The notes below the pieces were generated by a model. The model saw nothing but the letters and a program-made list of their open reading frames with translations, did no database searches and had not been told where the DNA came from. A DNA stretch of 63,519 nt, counting the filler, from Choristocarpus tenellus KU-1152 (taxonomy: Eukaryota > Protista > Phaeophyceae), in NCBI GenBank assembly GCA_964200185.2. It is 15 parts of 15 records of this genome, joined end to end, with 100 filler letters (N's around TTAATTAATTAA, not from the genome) between each part and the next. Parts side by side here need not be neighbours in the genome. Positions count along the whole stretch, not along the records: positions 1 to 3,288 come from CAXNAD020021013.1; positions 3,389 to 6,549 come from CAXNAD020021864.1; positions 6,650 to 9,633 come from CAXNAD020023154.1; positions 9,734 to 12,640 come from CAXNAD020023747.1; positions 12,741 to 17,200 come from CAXNAD020014442.1; 10 more parts are not named here. One strand, written 5' to 3'. Shown here piece after piece: positions 1-13,033 of the stretch. Both the position numbers and the translations under genes were made by a program. Numbering within the stretch: the stretch's first letter is position 1; every line of letters starts with the position of its first letter.

Positions 1-57
1 CTCTCGATACCTAAGTTTGGGGTTGTGAAGGGGGTCGCGCGGGAAGGTGGGGGGTGT

Positions 58-221
58 TGGGGGGGGCTGTCTACACGAGGATGTCCATTTTTGACCAAAA
101 TCGGGAAAAGTGCAGTTGCATTATCCATCCGACGTATGGCAGCCAAATCACCCAATAATCGTGATATGAAAAAATTGACTCCAAATGGACCGCCGCCACC
201 CCCTCCCAGATACTTTGAGCC
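58..221. mobile_element. MITE family B, left end eroded
   Basis: Matches 12443-12623; ends ...CCCAGATACTTTGAGCC. Confidence 0.8.
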
Positions 222-441
222 AACTAGATCACACTGCTTCATCACTATTCAGGCGGCATCGGAAGGGACTACAACCTGTATTGCAATATGTTACAGACTC
301 CACCGATGTGAGAATGCGCTATCCCAATGAAGGAGAGAGAGACAACAAAGGGCTCATAACGGTATGGGGACTCAGACTGGGCCAACGATCCTGTATTGAG
401 ACGGAGTGTAACAAAATCTACTCCTATTCAACAGTAGAATG

Positions 442-822
442 TGTGCAAATTACCTTGGGAGGGAATGCTATTTTTTAGTAGTGAAGATAAGAAGGTGTGA
501 AGCCTCACACGACCCCCTTTGCTGAACGTGATTACATGGTTGAAGATTAGAAGAGTGACCTTTGTAGGGTGTCTTCTCATTGCTTGTTTTTATTATTATT
601 TGTGCCTCATACATAACAAGTCCATGGTTATGTCAAAGGAGTTGAATGCAGAATATAAACCCATACATATTCCCATTCATAATCCGGATCTCATTAGTTA
701 CATCTCTTATACACAAAATAAGGTACACCTCACTATTGTCCTATTTTGCACACTCCCCCATGAAAGTGCAGGCAATGAAAAGATGCTGGAAGTCTCAAAC
801 CTAAAACATCTTATTGTGTACA
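442..822 (-). repeat. 3' LTR of the copia element (~380 bp, TG...CA)
   Basis: Matches 3173-3288, 12741-13033 and ~54830-55030; adjacent to the PPT. Confidence 0.85.
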
Positions 823-2498
823 CTCCCCATTCTGAACACTTGCCATGAAAATGAAAGTAAAAGATGTCAGATTGGTTCAATTCTCACACACATCACATTT
901 ATCTTGTCAACGCAATATAAGAATGCAGATTGCTTGAACTCAAACATACATCATTCATCTAGTCAACACAGTGTCTACGAAGTCTTGTACTTGCTTCTTT
1001 AGATGCACCATCACAATGATGTACAATCGTGTCCCATGATGACCCCTCCCTTAGTTTATGGTTAAAAAATTGAACCAGCCCCCTTTTGCTGTTTCGCTGT
1101 TGGACGTAGCACTCACTCCCCCAGGCTTGAAGCCTATCATAATTGAATGTCGTGTACATCCTCTCGTTGAGTGAAGTCCTGTGCCACCAATCTGGCCTTG
1201 GCTAAACGTATAATCTTTCCAGACCATATACCACATCCATCACATAAACGAACAAAGATCTCTTCACTTATGTCTGCTTGGACAAAAGCTTATTTCACAT
1301 CCCAATGCTTCAATTCCCAATCCTTGTCTGCAGCTAATAATGCTAAAACCATTTTCAAAGACGTAGGGGATAGTGTTGGTGCAAAGGTAACTTGGTAATC
1401 TTAACCATCAATCTGTCGAAAAGCTTTCGCTACCAAACGTGCCTTGTATCTAACTACCTCACCAAATTTGTTAGTCTTACGCTTGTGAATCCATTTAGTG
1501 TCTATTGCCCTGCGTCAAGGGGGTAATACGGCCTCCACCCAAACATTATTCAACAACAAACCAGACATCTCTTCTGCTCTAACTTGATCCCATAAATCAA
1601 ATTTGGGAGAGCTACGTGCAGCTCTTACAGTCTTGGGTTCTGGAGGGAATTCATCCGCTAACACTCCAATAGATTTTTCACTCACAAAACTCACAAGGGT
1701 AGTCTCAATGGAAAACAGACAAACAAGTCATAAAAAAATTGGGCATGTTAAAAAAAAACATCAGCTTTGACGGAAGTATCACCATCATTGTTTTCCTAAG
1801 TCTCCTCCAACTCGTTGTCATCGTGAATGTTGTCCTCAGTCTCCTCCACAAGTTCACCACTATCCCAGGGTGCCTCTGATATAGAAGATGGTTCTTGATG
1901 GTCTGGAGTAGATATTATTTACTCCCCAGACTAACACGTCTTGTGCAGGCAGCCCTTTGCTGACAAGCTCCTCTAGTTTTCTTTTCTGGCTCCAACCCTG
2001 GTCCAGCTAATTCCTCGGCCAGTCAAGACGGTGTCGCTCTCCTCTGGCAACAAACGATCTGAAGGTTTCCTTTATCTCCACAGTTGCAGCATATTCCTTC
2101 AAAAGGACAAGGACCAATATGCTTGATCAGTCCACAGCTTAAACATTTTCTGTTGCTCCTGATCTCGTGCCTTGTAGGGAATCTTGTTGTAATATGGTCC
2201 GTACGTTGACCAGTTGTACCTTGGCCGCCTCCTCCGCTGACCTTCTGTGTTCTCTTCCATGAGTGTACGGTCCCAGCGGCTAGAGTGCTCCCAGGCTCCC
2301 CACGGTTAGGTCCTCCTTTCCTTTCTGGTGGAGGCTTAGTTACTTCTCCTGCTAGTGTCCTGCTCCCCTAGTGGCAGGTACAACAATTGCTTTTCTCATT
2401 CTGTAAGCAAGAATCTTGGGGGGTCTCCAATCGATGGGCGTGCCCCCTTCAGGGACAAGTGTTGTGATGACTGCTCTAGGTCCATAGGCAGATTCTTG

Positions 2499-2593
2499 TG
2501 GCTCAGACTCAGGCTCTGGCTCAGGTTCTGACTCAGGCTCATGGCTCAGGCTCATGGCTCACGTTCAGGCTCAGGCTCATGGCTCAGGCTCAG
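2499..2593. repeat. GGCTCA-type hexamer tandem repeat inside the copia gag region
   Basis: Repeated ggctca/ggctct units; reads EPESEPEPE on the minus strand. Confidence 0.8.
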
Positions 2594-3288
2594 GATTGCA
2601 GCTTCGGCTGCATTGCCTCGATTAACTCCGCCATCTTGTCCCAGGGTCCCACTCCTCAATATTCGGCATGGCATACCAGGTACCCGAAGTATCTTCTTGA
2701 CCTCGAGTTCTTGCTTGTTATCGATCGTACCATATCCTATGTCTGTTTAGCCTCCAACTTCCCATTTGTGTCGAAGGTGCAGGTCCACTTTGTTGGGATG
2801 ACGATGATGATACTATTGCCCGTTTCAGCTTCCTGTAGCTTATATCGGGTCTTGTGATGAGCTGCACGGGGATATCGTCCTCCACACGTCCTCTGTTGAG
2901 CTGCACGGGGATCTAGTCCTCCGCGCTCCTTCATTAATTCTTCTCTTTCGTAGTTTCCGTGCGATATTCGTTCCTGTTCTGTTAGTGTCTCCGTGAGTTC
3001 AGGACGACGTATTCTCGCTGGCATTAACCACCAGATATAATCTCCATGTTGTCCAAGTCTCCACTGATCGTGCTGATGCTCCAGTCCATTTGGGCAAATT
3101 CTTCATGTCGTTCGGGCCCTTCACCTGCTCCTTTTCTCCATACTACTGAGGCTCATAACCTGTGTCATAACCTGTGTAACTTACCTTGGGAGGTAATGCT
3201 ATTTGTTAGTAGTGAAGATAAGAAGGTATGAAGCCTCACACGACCCCCTTTGCTTAACGTGATTATATGGTTAAAGATTAGAAGAGTG

Positions 3289-3388
3289 NNNNNNNNNNNN
3301 NNNNNNNNNNNNNNNNNNNNNNNNNNNNNNNNTTAATTAATTAANNNNNNNNNNNNNNNNNNNNNNNNNNNNNNNNNNNNNNNNNNNN
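3289..3388. other. Artificial contig linker (44 N + TTAATTAATTAA + 44 N), one of 14
   Basis: The same 100-bp spacer, with stop codons in all six frames, also occurs at 6550, 9634, 12641, 17201, 23363, 26396, 31143, 39960, 43497, 46205, 52996, 55730 and 59363. Confidence 0.98.
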
Positions 3389-3419
3389 TGTGAACTGTAG
3401 AAGAAGTGAGGGGGAGGGG

Positions 3420-3450
<31 letters not shown>

Positions 3451-4019
3451 GGGGGGGGGTGGGGAGGAGAGAGAAGAGAACATAGACCATTCTTCGCCTA
3501 CTGAACTAGCTTTTGGATAGGGGAAGGGGGAGGGGGGAGAGCTTATAAGGGTATGTTGGTCCCATGTGACCGAGCAAAGTAGCAAGAGGCTTGCTTCACG
3601 GAAGAAGGGCGATCAACCGCAAGAAAACATTAAAACACAACGTGACAGGGATAAGCCTTCCTTCCAGTCTGGATGTATCATTGCCAGGAATCGAAGATGG
3701 GATAAGAAAGTTGAAAGTGTATGCAAAATACTAGGCTCCAACAAAAATTGGGTAACTCGTTAGCCCACATCTATCATATATATATATTATATATTTGTAG
3801 GGATGCGTGAGATTTTGTAAATGAGAACCATGCGTGACTATAGATAGTTAAGGAAATAACCTCGTTCATCCTGGCCATAGAGTCCAGAGTCACCTGGTCA
3901 AGACTCATTGGTTGCACTTCAGGCGTGGTTGCGTTCGTGACAAGCAGAATTTCACATTCTCCGATAGTTTCTCCTGCATGTTATAGAGCATCGAAAACAT
4001 GACTTGGAGTCTTTCTCAC

Positions 4020-4711
4020 CACGACTTCTTAGGAGAGATCCAACCAGGGGAGAGTCCCGGCTCGATGAGTAACCCTTCAGTGAGACCCAGGGTGACCTGT
4101 TTTCATTTGTTTTATGCATGTAAGAATGAGGAGAGACTAGGGTATTTGCACCAAATGCACAAAGTCAAGGTCATAGAAATTATTGGTGATTGTAGAAATC
4201 ATGGTCGACAAAGTCTTCGCCCACGTAACCATACCAACGGAGAGTAAATATCTTTGCGAATAGTGACAACCAGAGGTCGAGGGACGGCAATCAGGTGCCT
4301 TTGATGGACTCCTCTTTCTGATGAGATGTTATCTATGTTAACAGGTACGTATAGTGTGCCTGTTAAGTCGTCAGTTGCTCAAACAGACAGAAATAGTCAT
4401 ACGGTCGTCGTACAAATACTGGTACCAAGGATTGGCAGGATACTGACTTACTTCTCAGGTCGAGCAGCTATGTCCCAACATTACCTCACTAACCCAGTGA
4501 TGCGATCACAGGGCTGCAGAGAGTTATCTACGATAAAGTATGGGACAGTGACCATTCGGGGATGACGCCACAATATGACAAAATATTTCCTTCACCTTGA
4601 CCTCCAGCCGCCCTGGCGAAGTCGACATATTAGAGCCGATTTTTAGGTAGGATGGCCTGCCGTTTGCAGGCTCCGGCAAAGACGTCACGTTGAAACCCTG
4701 CCCACTGTCGC
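4020..4711 (-). CDS. Two candidate exons (4596-4711, 4020-4096) of an unidentified gene
   Basis: Both have CAG acceptors and GT donors in compatible phase, giving GDSGQGFNVTSLPEPANGRPSYLKIGSNMSTSPGRLEVK / VTLGLTEGLLIEPGLSPGWISPKKS. No homology recognised and no clean next exon found. Confidence 0.25.
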
Positions 4712-5601
4712 CTGTTGTGCAAAGAAATGAAAGGGGGTGTTGTTCTACAAGACCTTCACAAACTCTTCATTCTCCACAAATTTAACTCCAATAAACCGAA
4801 TGTTGAATGGGTTTGATAAGCCAAATGACGTGGGTAAGATATGGAATCGGTTTGCATGTTCTTATCAAATGTTATATCTATATTATTACCAAATGTTATC
4901 GTGTTATATCGTAGTATCAAGATATATATTAAATAATAAAACTAGATCGATACTTGATTCTTGTGGGAAAGATGATTGTTGGTTGGTAGTTGTTGATGGT
5001 TAGGCGAGTAGTATTTTGTCGGAAACAAGAATGATGGAAATGCACGACACCTTGAACAATATAACACTCTCAACATTACGATAAATCTGGAACACTGGAG
5101 GCATTATGTGAATGGTTGACGGCTGGTGCGATATTGCCTGGAAGTGAGACAGCTAGGTCTTACGCCTGAGTGGTGGGTAAGTTTTAAATATTTGATACAA
5201 TCACAATGTTTGGTGTGCATATTCAACGCGGTGAAGGAGTTAATGTTATTATTCCATGGGTATCCAATTCCCCTTCCAGGCAGTTGCTAGAAGGTAGTAT
5301 TGCGTTTTCCCCAGTGTATGGCATACTCCGTTCTGTAACTCACACTGAAAGTTATGGAGGACTCCAATTCTGGAAGGCCTGGCGTTGGGCTCCTCACAAT
5401 ATGTAACATCTCCACACAGTGGACGATGGGTGAAATGCGTCCTTCAAGGAATCTTATGTATTTCTGTCACGGCCGATGGTCCTCAATGGCGGTTTCATAA
5501 ACGCTATTATGACCTTGAAGTCCTAGACTTTATGTATGTTGTACTTCATTATTTCTTCTACCTTCGTCCTATGTAACAATAGTATATGCGTATTGATCGA
5601 T

Positions 5602-5800
5602 GAGTGATGCTTAATTCAGCACTGGTGTAGAGGAGGGATGGTGGTACAGAGAGGGGAGGTGCTATATCAGTGGGTGTGTGCGACATGAAGAGGTGTGCAA
5701 GATATGGAAAATTTTGAGTAGTCATGCTCAATTCAGTGTTGGTGTACAAGAGGGTTGATTGTACAAAGAAGGGCAATGGTACATCAAGTGGTGTATGCAC
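5602..5800. repeat. Degenerate tandem duplication (~115-bp period)
   Basis: gatgcttaattcagcactggtgtagaggaggg... recurs as catgctcaattcagtgttggtgtacaagaggg... Confidence 0.55.
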
Positions 5801-6477
5801 CTACTCCGAGTATATGCAACACCCTATGTAGACGATACAGAATATCCTGTCTTATATCTGTGCTTTGTGCAATCACTGGTGACAGACACTGAATTCCATA
5901 CATCATACCTCTCCAAAGACCTGAAATGGTTGCAAAGCAATTCTATTATCTTTTTCTATGCAATGAAAACATTCAAGTACTAACTGCTGTAGAAACACAC
6001 ACAGCAATAATAGTGTGTGTCGCTGTATCACTGCTCACTATTCGAACAACTCCGTTTTGAATGATGTTTTTTAAAACTGTGTGTGGACTCTAGAACTCTA
6101 CATACAACAAAAATGAATATTTTTATCCCCTCTAATATTTTGTAGATATGTCAGGAAAAAGTCAATTCAATATCAGAAGGACCTCTATAAATGTAATAGT
6201 TGTGGTAAATGTGAAAGATACCTCTCCAAAATCTATTTACTATTTGACTACCAGCTATACTACGCCACTTCCACAAAAGCTCGTTATTACAACGATATGT
6301 GCATACTCCTGCTATGCCTACAACCTAGCCTAGTCCTACACCACAGGGCGAGGAGCTAGGGAAGGATCCCAAGAATCTGACAGGACCCTCCTTAACCATC
6401 TGTCTTGGTATCTCTAGGTTAAAACCCTTGACTTGTGTCGATAGAACCCTTAATATGACTACAATAATGCAATTTGA

Positions 6478-6549
6478 GAGTTTATGAAGTAAACTGAGTT
6501 TTGTGGGCGGAAGAATTCTGGTTGGCTGGGGGCACAGGATAAGAATGGG
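6478..6549. repeat. Dispersed repeat shared with 45402-45473
   Basis: gtttatgaagtaaactgagttttgtgggcggaagaattctggttggctgggggcacagga is nearly identical at both sites. Confidence 0.8.
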
Positions 6550-6649
6550 NNNNNNNNNNNNNNNNNNNNNNNNNNNNNNNNNNNNNNNNNNNNTTAATTA
6601 ATTAANNNNNNNNNNNNNNNNNNNNNNNNNNNNNNNNNNNNNNNNNNNN

Positions 6650-6715
6650 CATGGGAAGCCAAGCCCCAAATGGACAAACAGGGCAAAACTCTTACCCTCT
6701 AAGATACTTTCCCTC
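6650..6715. mobile_element. MITE family A terminal fragment at contig start
   Basis: CCCCAAATGGACAAACAGGGCAAAACTC...CCCTCTAAGATACTTTCCCTC. Confidence 0.8.
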
Positions 6716-7310
6716 AAATACTGTTGGTGTCTTTGCCTTGGTAAGAACCAGGCCAGGAACGACTTGCACAATATGGAATGGTATTGCCGTACATTGATAC
6801 ACATAAGATTATATTTTCAGTGTGGTTACGGTTGTAGAACTTTTTGTTGCAGTTCGGTGCTCTCAGTGTACAGTTGGACTGCGGTTCTTGATGGTACAGC
6901 TTTCAGTCGCAGTTTTGACGTGAAGGTATGCTCTCAGTGTACTCCAGGATTTTCACCGGTGTAGACCCTCAACTTTTTTTATACAAACATAGCAATTGAA
7001 GGGTAATGTTCACCTACAGGTATGACCAATACAGTAGGAACCTTATTGCTGCTGGAACCTACAATTTATCTATAAACTGAACACAGATTTCGTACAAAGA
7101 AACAAAAAACAGCATTAATGCTGCCGTATTCTCATTTTTGTAATTCACAGTAAGTATACGGATGGGTGGTATGGCAAGAGTATGTGCACCCTGTTGCAGA
7201 ACGGTTACACACTACTGTCACTGTATTACCGCAAATAGACGATACAGTTATGGTACTGGAACACATCCAGACGGTATATAGGGTACAGCAGCAAAGCACC
7301 ACCTCGGAAC

Positions 7311-7500
7311 GAGTCAAAGTATCTTAGAGGGTAGAGTCGCGTCCATTTGAACCCAAAAATTAATGTTCCGATTTTGATGTAATTTTGACTGTCGTGTTTG
7401 TTAGGAAGTGTCAATACACCTGTTCCAAACACACCCTTTCATAACGTATACATTTTACCTATTCTGAAACATATCAGAGTAGGAAAATTTCATGATTTTG
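7311..7500. mobile_element. MITE family A, truncated
   Basis: Starts GAGTCAAAGTATCTTAGAGGGTAGAG and follows the family A internal sequence; the other end is missing. Confidence 0.8.
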
Positions 7501-8963
7501 CCATGGTAGTAGTTCCAACTGTGTAGACTCCTGCGTATTAGTTGATATGCTCAACAAACATTCCATTCAGCCATGAATTCACCCTTCAGGATTCCTCTGT
7601 TGTGTGGTCACTCTCTTTACAACCCAACTCCGGTCCACTCCATACACACCGAATTAACAGATCCTTGCCAAAGAGAACCAGCTTATGGAGGTGCAGAACT
7701 TGGCGCTTCTCGCAGGGGAGGGGGGGAAGCACGGGGAAAGGGTTGTTGTTGATGCTAATTCAAGGCCTGGAGTAGGAGGTATAGTCCAGCGACCATACAC
7801 TGAGGATGATGGCATTTGTGTTTTCTGGGACTACATCCTTGGCCTCCCAAGCAAGCGAGGTAACCAGGTCATTGAGAAGGTATGTCATTATATGTTTGAA
7901 GTTACAACTTCTAAGTGATACAGAAACTACAGTTGCCACTTGGAGTAGAACATGTCAAAGCAAGGAAAATTTTCTTCAACAAGATCAGCAAAGCATTGCA
8001 ATACAGGGGAACGGTTGCATGGGGAAGGAAATAAAGTTTTTGTGCTAGAAACCACATTGAATAGCCAGAAGGGAGAGGACAAATACCACCGGGCCAATAT
8101 GCTTGCACCCAGCGAATTGGAAGGGAGCAATACACATATATCGAAAAGAAATACAGATTCTCGAAAACGTTCAAGGGAGATTATTTCAGGGGCTTCACAA
8201 TGAAGCAATTTTTGCTCTTCCGTAGACTACGGTTCAATTATACTCCAAAATTGCAATCAAGAATACTTCTACGCTCCAACAACCGTTTAGGAGTTGTAAC
8301 TACTAGACCTTTGGAGAACGAAGGATGGATTATCCTGAAATGCCGCATAATTTTGCTGCTACTGCATCATACCCACAAGGAGTCCAAGAGTGCTTAATTA
8401 ATGTAGGCATCGATCCGGACTGAAATTGGCAAGTATCATATATACAATGAAGGTCTCCCACTGTGGCTGAGTATGTATCATCAGGGCGCGTACTCTGAAT
8501 TCCTCAGGAAATCAACCTCAGTCAACACCAATAATCACAGGAACCTCATTTAACTAGTAGCCACATGGAAAGTCGATGTGCTAAACATGACAAGTTGCGT
8601 CTTGGTAAAGGTTTTTAAGGAGGAGACCCAAGTTGCAGAGGACCATGGTGGATGTTGATTCTTCTTAACGATTTTTGTGTGATTTTGTCACATGCATCGG
8701 ATGGATGATGGGTGGGTAGGCACCGGGTTCGGCCGAGGAGGGGGATTCAATGATCAGCGAGATGGATGAACTCAACACACAAGGTGCATGGGATGCCCAA
8801 GGAGGTAGTGCAGTTGTTATGTCCCGGTTGTTGCATACCTTTGAGAATGCAGACCAGGTCACAAATAGTCCCACTAACAAGTGTGATCGCAACAACAGCA
8901 CTTGAGTGAAAATGTAAATAATAATTTCACATCCCAAGGATGCCTCTCTTGTAACAATATCAA

Positions 8964-9224
8964 GAGTGCAGGTATCTTAGGGTTAGGGTATGAATTTTGG
9001 TCTGTTTGTCCGTTTGGGGCTTGGCATTCCACGGGTATTTTATGACTTTTTCCTACTCCGATATGTTTCAGAATAGGTACAATGTGTACGTTATGAAAGG
9101 CTGTGTTCGGAACGGGTATATTAACACTTCCTAATCAACACAATAGTCAAAATTACATCAAAATCGAAACATTAAATTTTGGGTTCAAATGGACGCGACT
9201 CTACCCTCTAAGATAATTTGACTC
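8964..9224. mobile_element. MITE family A, full length, 4-bp TSD TCAA
   Basis: tcaa|GAGTGCAGGTATCTTAG...CTAAGATAATTTGACTC|tcaa. Confidence 0.9.
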
Positions 9225-9457
9225 TCAATAGTAAATGACATGGACATTGATACGAGGTACTTCATCATTCAAGCTAAGGATCTCTACGATTTCTAACATA
9301 ACCCACAGCCTCAAACAAAGCTCTAGAGTGGGAAATACTACCACAACGATGCAGGGTTGGAAAGAAATAGATGGTCATTGATCTGTGATTTTAACATATA
9401 TGAGTTGGAAAGGTAATGATGGTATTTGGACACCCTTGGATATATTCGTAGCAGCCT

Positions 9458-9595
9458 GAGTCAAAGTAAACGAGAGGTACCCAGAGCCGCAATTGAAGGA
9501 TACTGACAAATATGTCCAAAATTCGGCTTTTCTTACAAATGTGTATGGTATAATTTCCGAATTGTTTCGAAAATTCTCAAGCAATAGAAAAATCA
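9458..9595. mobile_element. MITE family E fragment, interrupted at 9596 by a family C end
   Basis: Begins GAGTCAAAGTAAACGAGAGGTACCC and matches 20386-20649 and 44091-44341 in reverse orientation. It is followed by GACCCAAAGTATCTGGGGG...GTGGTTTGTGAGG (9596-9633). Confidence 0.75.
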
Positions 9596-9733
9596 GACCC
9601 AAAGTATCTGGGGGGGGGGGGTGGTTTGTGAGGNNNNNNNNNNNNNNNNNNNNNNNNNNNNNNNNNNNNNNNNNNNNTTAATTAATTAANNNNNNNNNNN
9701 NNNNNNNNNNNNNNNNNNNNNNNNNNNNNNNNN

Positions 9734-9786
9734 GCCCCAAATTGACAAACAGGGCAAAACTCGTACCCTCTAAGATACTTTCACTC
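9734..9786. mobile_element. MITE family A terminal fragment at contig start
   Basis: ...CTCGTACCCTCTAAGATACTTTCACTC. Confidence 0.8.
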
Positions 9787-9849
9787 CCATCACACGGACA
9801 TGAGTTGAGCTCCAACTGGAGTTTGAGATGCCCCGCACCATCTATCTTT

Positions 9850-10700
9850 CCCTCCAGTGCAATGGTTTAAACAATGTACAGGGTTTGAGGGTTTAATCAG
9901 CTGTGCAATATGACTACCCAAAAAGAAGTTGACAAGACATGAAGGATTGATTGCGTGTACTGTTACCTGTAAGGAGCATGGCATCATAAACCATTCCACA
10001 GACGTACGATTCTTTTGGGGGCTGCTGAAATCAGCAAGAAATCGGGATTCAGTTGGTGGAGAACCAACAAAATAGCCTGATTATTTACCACCCCGCACCG
10101 GAGGTTTTGTACCTGGGAGTGTGCTTAAACAATAGTATCAATATAACAACGACAAGCTTGAGATTGAGGGGATACAAGAAGATGCAACTACACAAGTAGG
10201 GATATTGCCTCGAATGTATGTGAAAGAGTTGAAGACTTGAATTCAATTGTTTGGAATTGGCACTATTTGAATCATATCATCTCGTACTCCTCAAATGTGG
10301 GTTGGCGTGGTCTAAGTGACATTATTGGTGTGTTTGCGCAGGTAATACAATATAGGTCACATTCAGGATCATTTCTTGTGAAATGGGCATAATGAAAATC
10401 ATAGGCACACGAAATACTGTATAATATATCGTCCAGGATCTCTATCAAAAGAGTTCAAATTTCTCCCAAAATGTCTCCAGGAAATGACAAGCATCCAGCG
10501 CAAACACAACATTTTGCGAATCATGTCCACCAGCCTCAAACACGTCACTCTAAACAAGGTTGATGAGGGGATTATGTAGAACAGGTTTGATGTCCTCTAT
10601 GCAGGAGGTGTATATACTTTCCAGCATAAAAACGCCCATACGTGTGTGTATGAAATATCAGCTAACTTCGAGTACATGAGAGTTCCCTCAACTCAAGCGA
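9850..10700 (+). pseudogene. Possible degenerate transposase relic (KDZ/CxC-like)
   Basis: A stop-riddled frame contains KKKLTRHEGLIACTVTCKEHGIINHSTD, loosely like the G..C.HG motif of KDZ-type transposases. Weak resemblance. Confidence 0.25.
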
Positions 10701-12442
10701 GCTTTCTTAAGGATCTTCACTTTAGCTTTGCAAGTGTTGAGGTCACAATTGACACTCTCCAAAGTTGACAGTGTTATTTGGAGCTCCACCCAAGCAAGAG
10801 CTCAAGCTCAAAGCATTGAGCTCAAAAGGTTACGTACACATCCTGATTTACCTGTTTAAGATATCCAATACGTGACTCTGGACCATTGGACAGCTGAGGG
10901 GGGTGGGCATACTATTATAGGGCAGCAGCTGTTGGAAGAACAGGCAGGTGGGGTCTGTCCAAACCACACTAAAACTCCAACCTACTAGATGAGGACTTGG
11001 CTTAGCCTTTGCATTGAACGAGTTGAAGGTATCGAATATTTCAAATTGAGGTGAGCCATGATGAAGCTGAGAAATGACATCCCTTACCTCCAGTGACGGA
11101 CAGGCGTTGTTGACAACCTATTTGCTCCTTGTTTGACGAGATGTGGAGTTGAACCGCCCACGGCCTTTCGAGTAGAGGTTCCTGATTGATGCCACCCGGT
11201 CGTGACTACCTGCTCAGTTGAGGCAAATGTTTGGTGCGTGCATGGAGTTGCCACAAGTTGGTTTAAAGAAAGAGACCTCATAAGCCTAGAATATTCTCTC
11301 TTGAGTCGGTGTCATGGTCGAGGATATCAACCTCTATCAACCACAAGTCAGCACCCATCCCATCCAATAAAGAGAGATGACCCAAGCGCAAGGAGGGGGG
11401 ATGAAAGGGCTCATGCGGCAGGGAGGTGAGTCTTTGATGACTTCTCAAAAGTTCTGTTTGTGCAAGGGGCTCAACAGACTCAAGTACACCATCAATCACA
11501 CCGCCTCGAGCAGAGGGCACAAGGCGCACACGTGCAAAAAAACATCCAATCAAATTTAATTCCTCTTCCATCTTGTACAGTGTCGGTTCTCTTCAACTTG
11601 ATATAATCGTGGTGATTCCATGACCAAATTTTGCAGCAAGAAATATTGTAGTAATAGGAAGCAACAAGAGTATTGTATAGTATTCTCTATTGACACAATT
11701 TTGGAACGTTGCCCCATTGTCAGCAGTGTTCACTGCATTCGCTTCAGAGTCTTGATGTCTGTCTGACGCGGGATCTTTCCCGACCAATTTAATTTCTTCC
11801 CACTCCAAAGAGGGCGAGCCAGTAGTGGTTTGGGGGAGTGAAGGAGAAGGGTTGGGTAGGGTGAGGTGCTTCACGTATTCGAATCCACCAAGTCCCTTGA
11901 ATAGCAAAGCCTGTCAGCACAAAATATGAATGGAGATTTCTTCTCAGTGGCAATATATATATATATATATATATATATTGATGACAATCACTATATACCT
12001 CCATGAACCTGGCTCACATTGTCTGACCTGACGAGAGAAAGGCTGCACATGTCACAGGTCGAGAATGCAGTGGGGTCTAGTACCACTAGAACTGTCACTG
12101 TTGTCCTTGCCAGGTTGATGGCATTCATCTTCTTGTCAAATAAGTATCTCGGGCAATGTAGGATGAGGTCAATTGGAAGATGGGACCACTTCACTGTAAC
12201 ACGCTCTGTCAGCCCCAAACAGTTCTTCTTTTCTTTTCTGAAAAGGTGGGATTGTAGAATGGCAAGAGTGAAGGGTTGGAAGGGGACAAGTGAAAACAAC
12301 ACAGGAGAGGGCGGGTTATGTCCAATGAGATACGCTGGTAGGAGAGAGAGGCAGCACAAATCCAACCAATGAGACCATATGTATCTGAGCCTAGAAAACC
12401 CTGTGTACGCGCTAGAGTAGAAAGGAATAATAATTAAGAAAA

Positions 12443-12623
12443 GATCCAAAGTATCTGGGAGGGGGGGGGTTCTACACCAGGGTGTCCATTTGGGGCAAAA
12501 TCAGGGAAAATGCATGTACATTATCCATCCGACGTATGCAACCAAATCACCCCAAAATCGCGACATGATAAAAATGACCCCAAATGGACAGCCGTCACCC
12601 CCCCCCCCCAGATACTTTGAGCC
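12443..12623. mobile_element. MITE family B, full length, 4-bp TSD AAAA
   Basis: aaaa|GATCCAAAGTATCTGGG...CCCAGATACTTTGAGCC|aaaa. Confidence 0.9.
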
Positions 12624-12740
12624 AAAAGCCCGCTCGCATGNNNNNNNNNNNNNNNNNNNNNNNNNNNNNNNNNNNNNNNNNNNNTTAATTAATTAANNNN
12701 NNNNNNNNNNNNNNNNNNNNNNNNNNNNNNNNNNNNNNNN

Positions 12741-13033
12741 GTGAAGATAAGAAGGTGTGAAGCCTCACACGACCCCTTTCGCTGAACGTGAAAAGAATGG
12801 ATGGTTGAAATTAGAAGAGTAACCTTTGTAGGGTGTCTTCTCATTGTTTGTTTATTATTATTTTTGTTTCGCTACCTGTTTAAAAGTAGCGAAAGGGAAT
12901 GAATACCCATACATAATTCCATATATAATCCGGATGTACTATCTCATTAGTTACATCACATGGATTTAATTTCAACACAATAATCTGATATACACAAAAT
13001 AAGGTACACCTCACTATTTTCCTATTTTGCACA
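12741..13033 (-). repeat. Copia LTR fragment (same family as 442-822)
   Basis: gtgaagataagaaggtgtgaagcctcacacgacccc...cctattttgcaca. Confidence 0.85.

Larger units (their letters stand above)
442..3288 (-). mobile_element. Ty1/copia LTR retrotransposon, internally deleted and degenerate
   Basis: LTRs at 442-822 and 3173->3288. PBS GGTTATGAGCC lies next to the 5' LTR on the minus strand and PPT AATGGGGAG precedes the 3' LTR. A gag Zn-knuckle-like stretch (CLSCGLIKHIGPC...CCNCGDKG) is at ~2050-2150. Copia RT motifs AIDTKWIHKRKTNKFGEVVRYKARLVAK and WELKHWDVK lie at ~1290-1510 with in-frame stops. No protease or integrase is visible. Confidence 0.9.

Noticed and set aside
3333-3344. Recurrent palindrome TTAATTAATTAA as a biological motif
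   Set aside because: It is always centred in 44+44 N, so it is an artificial six-frame-stop linker.
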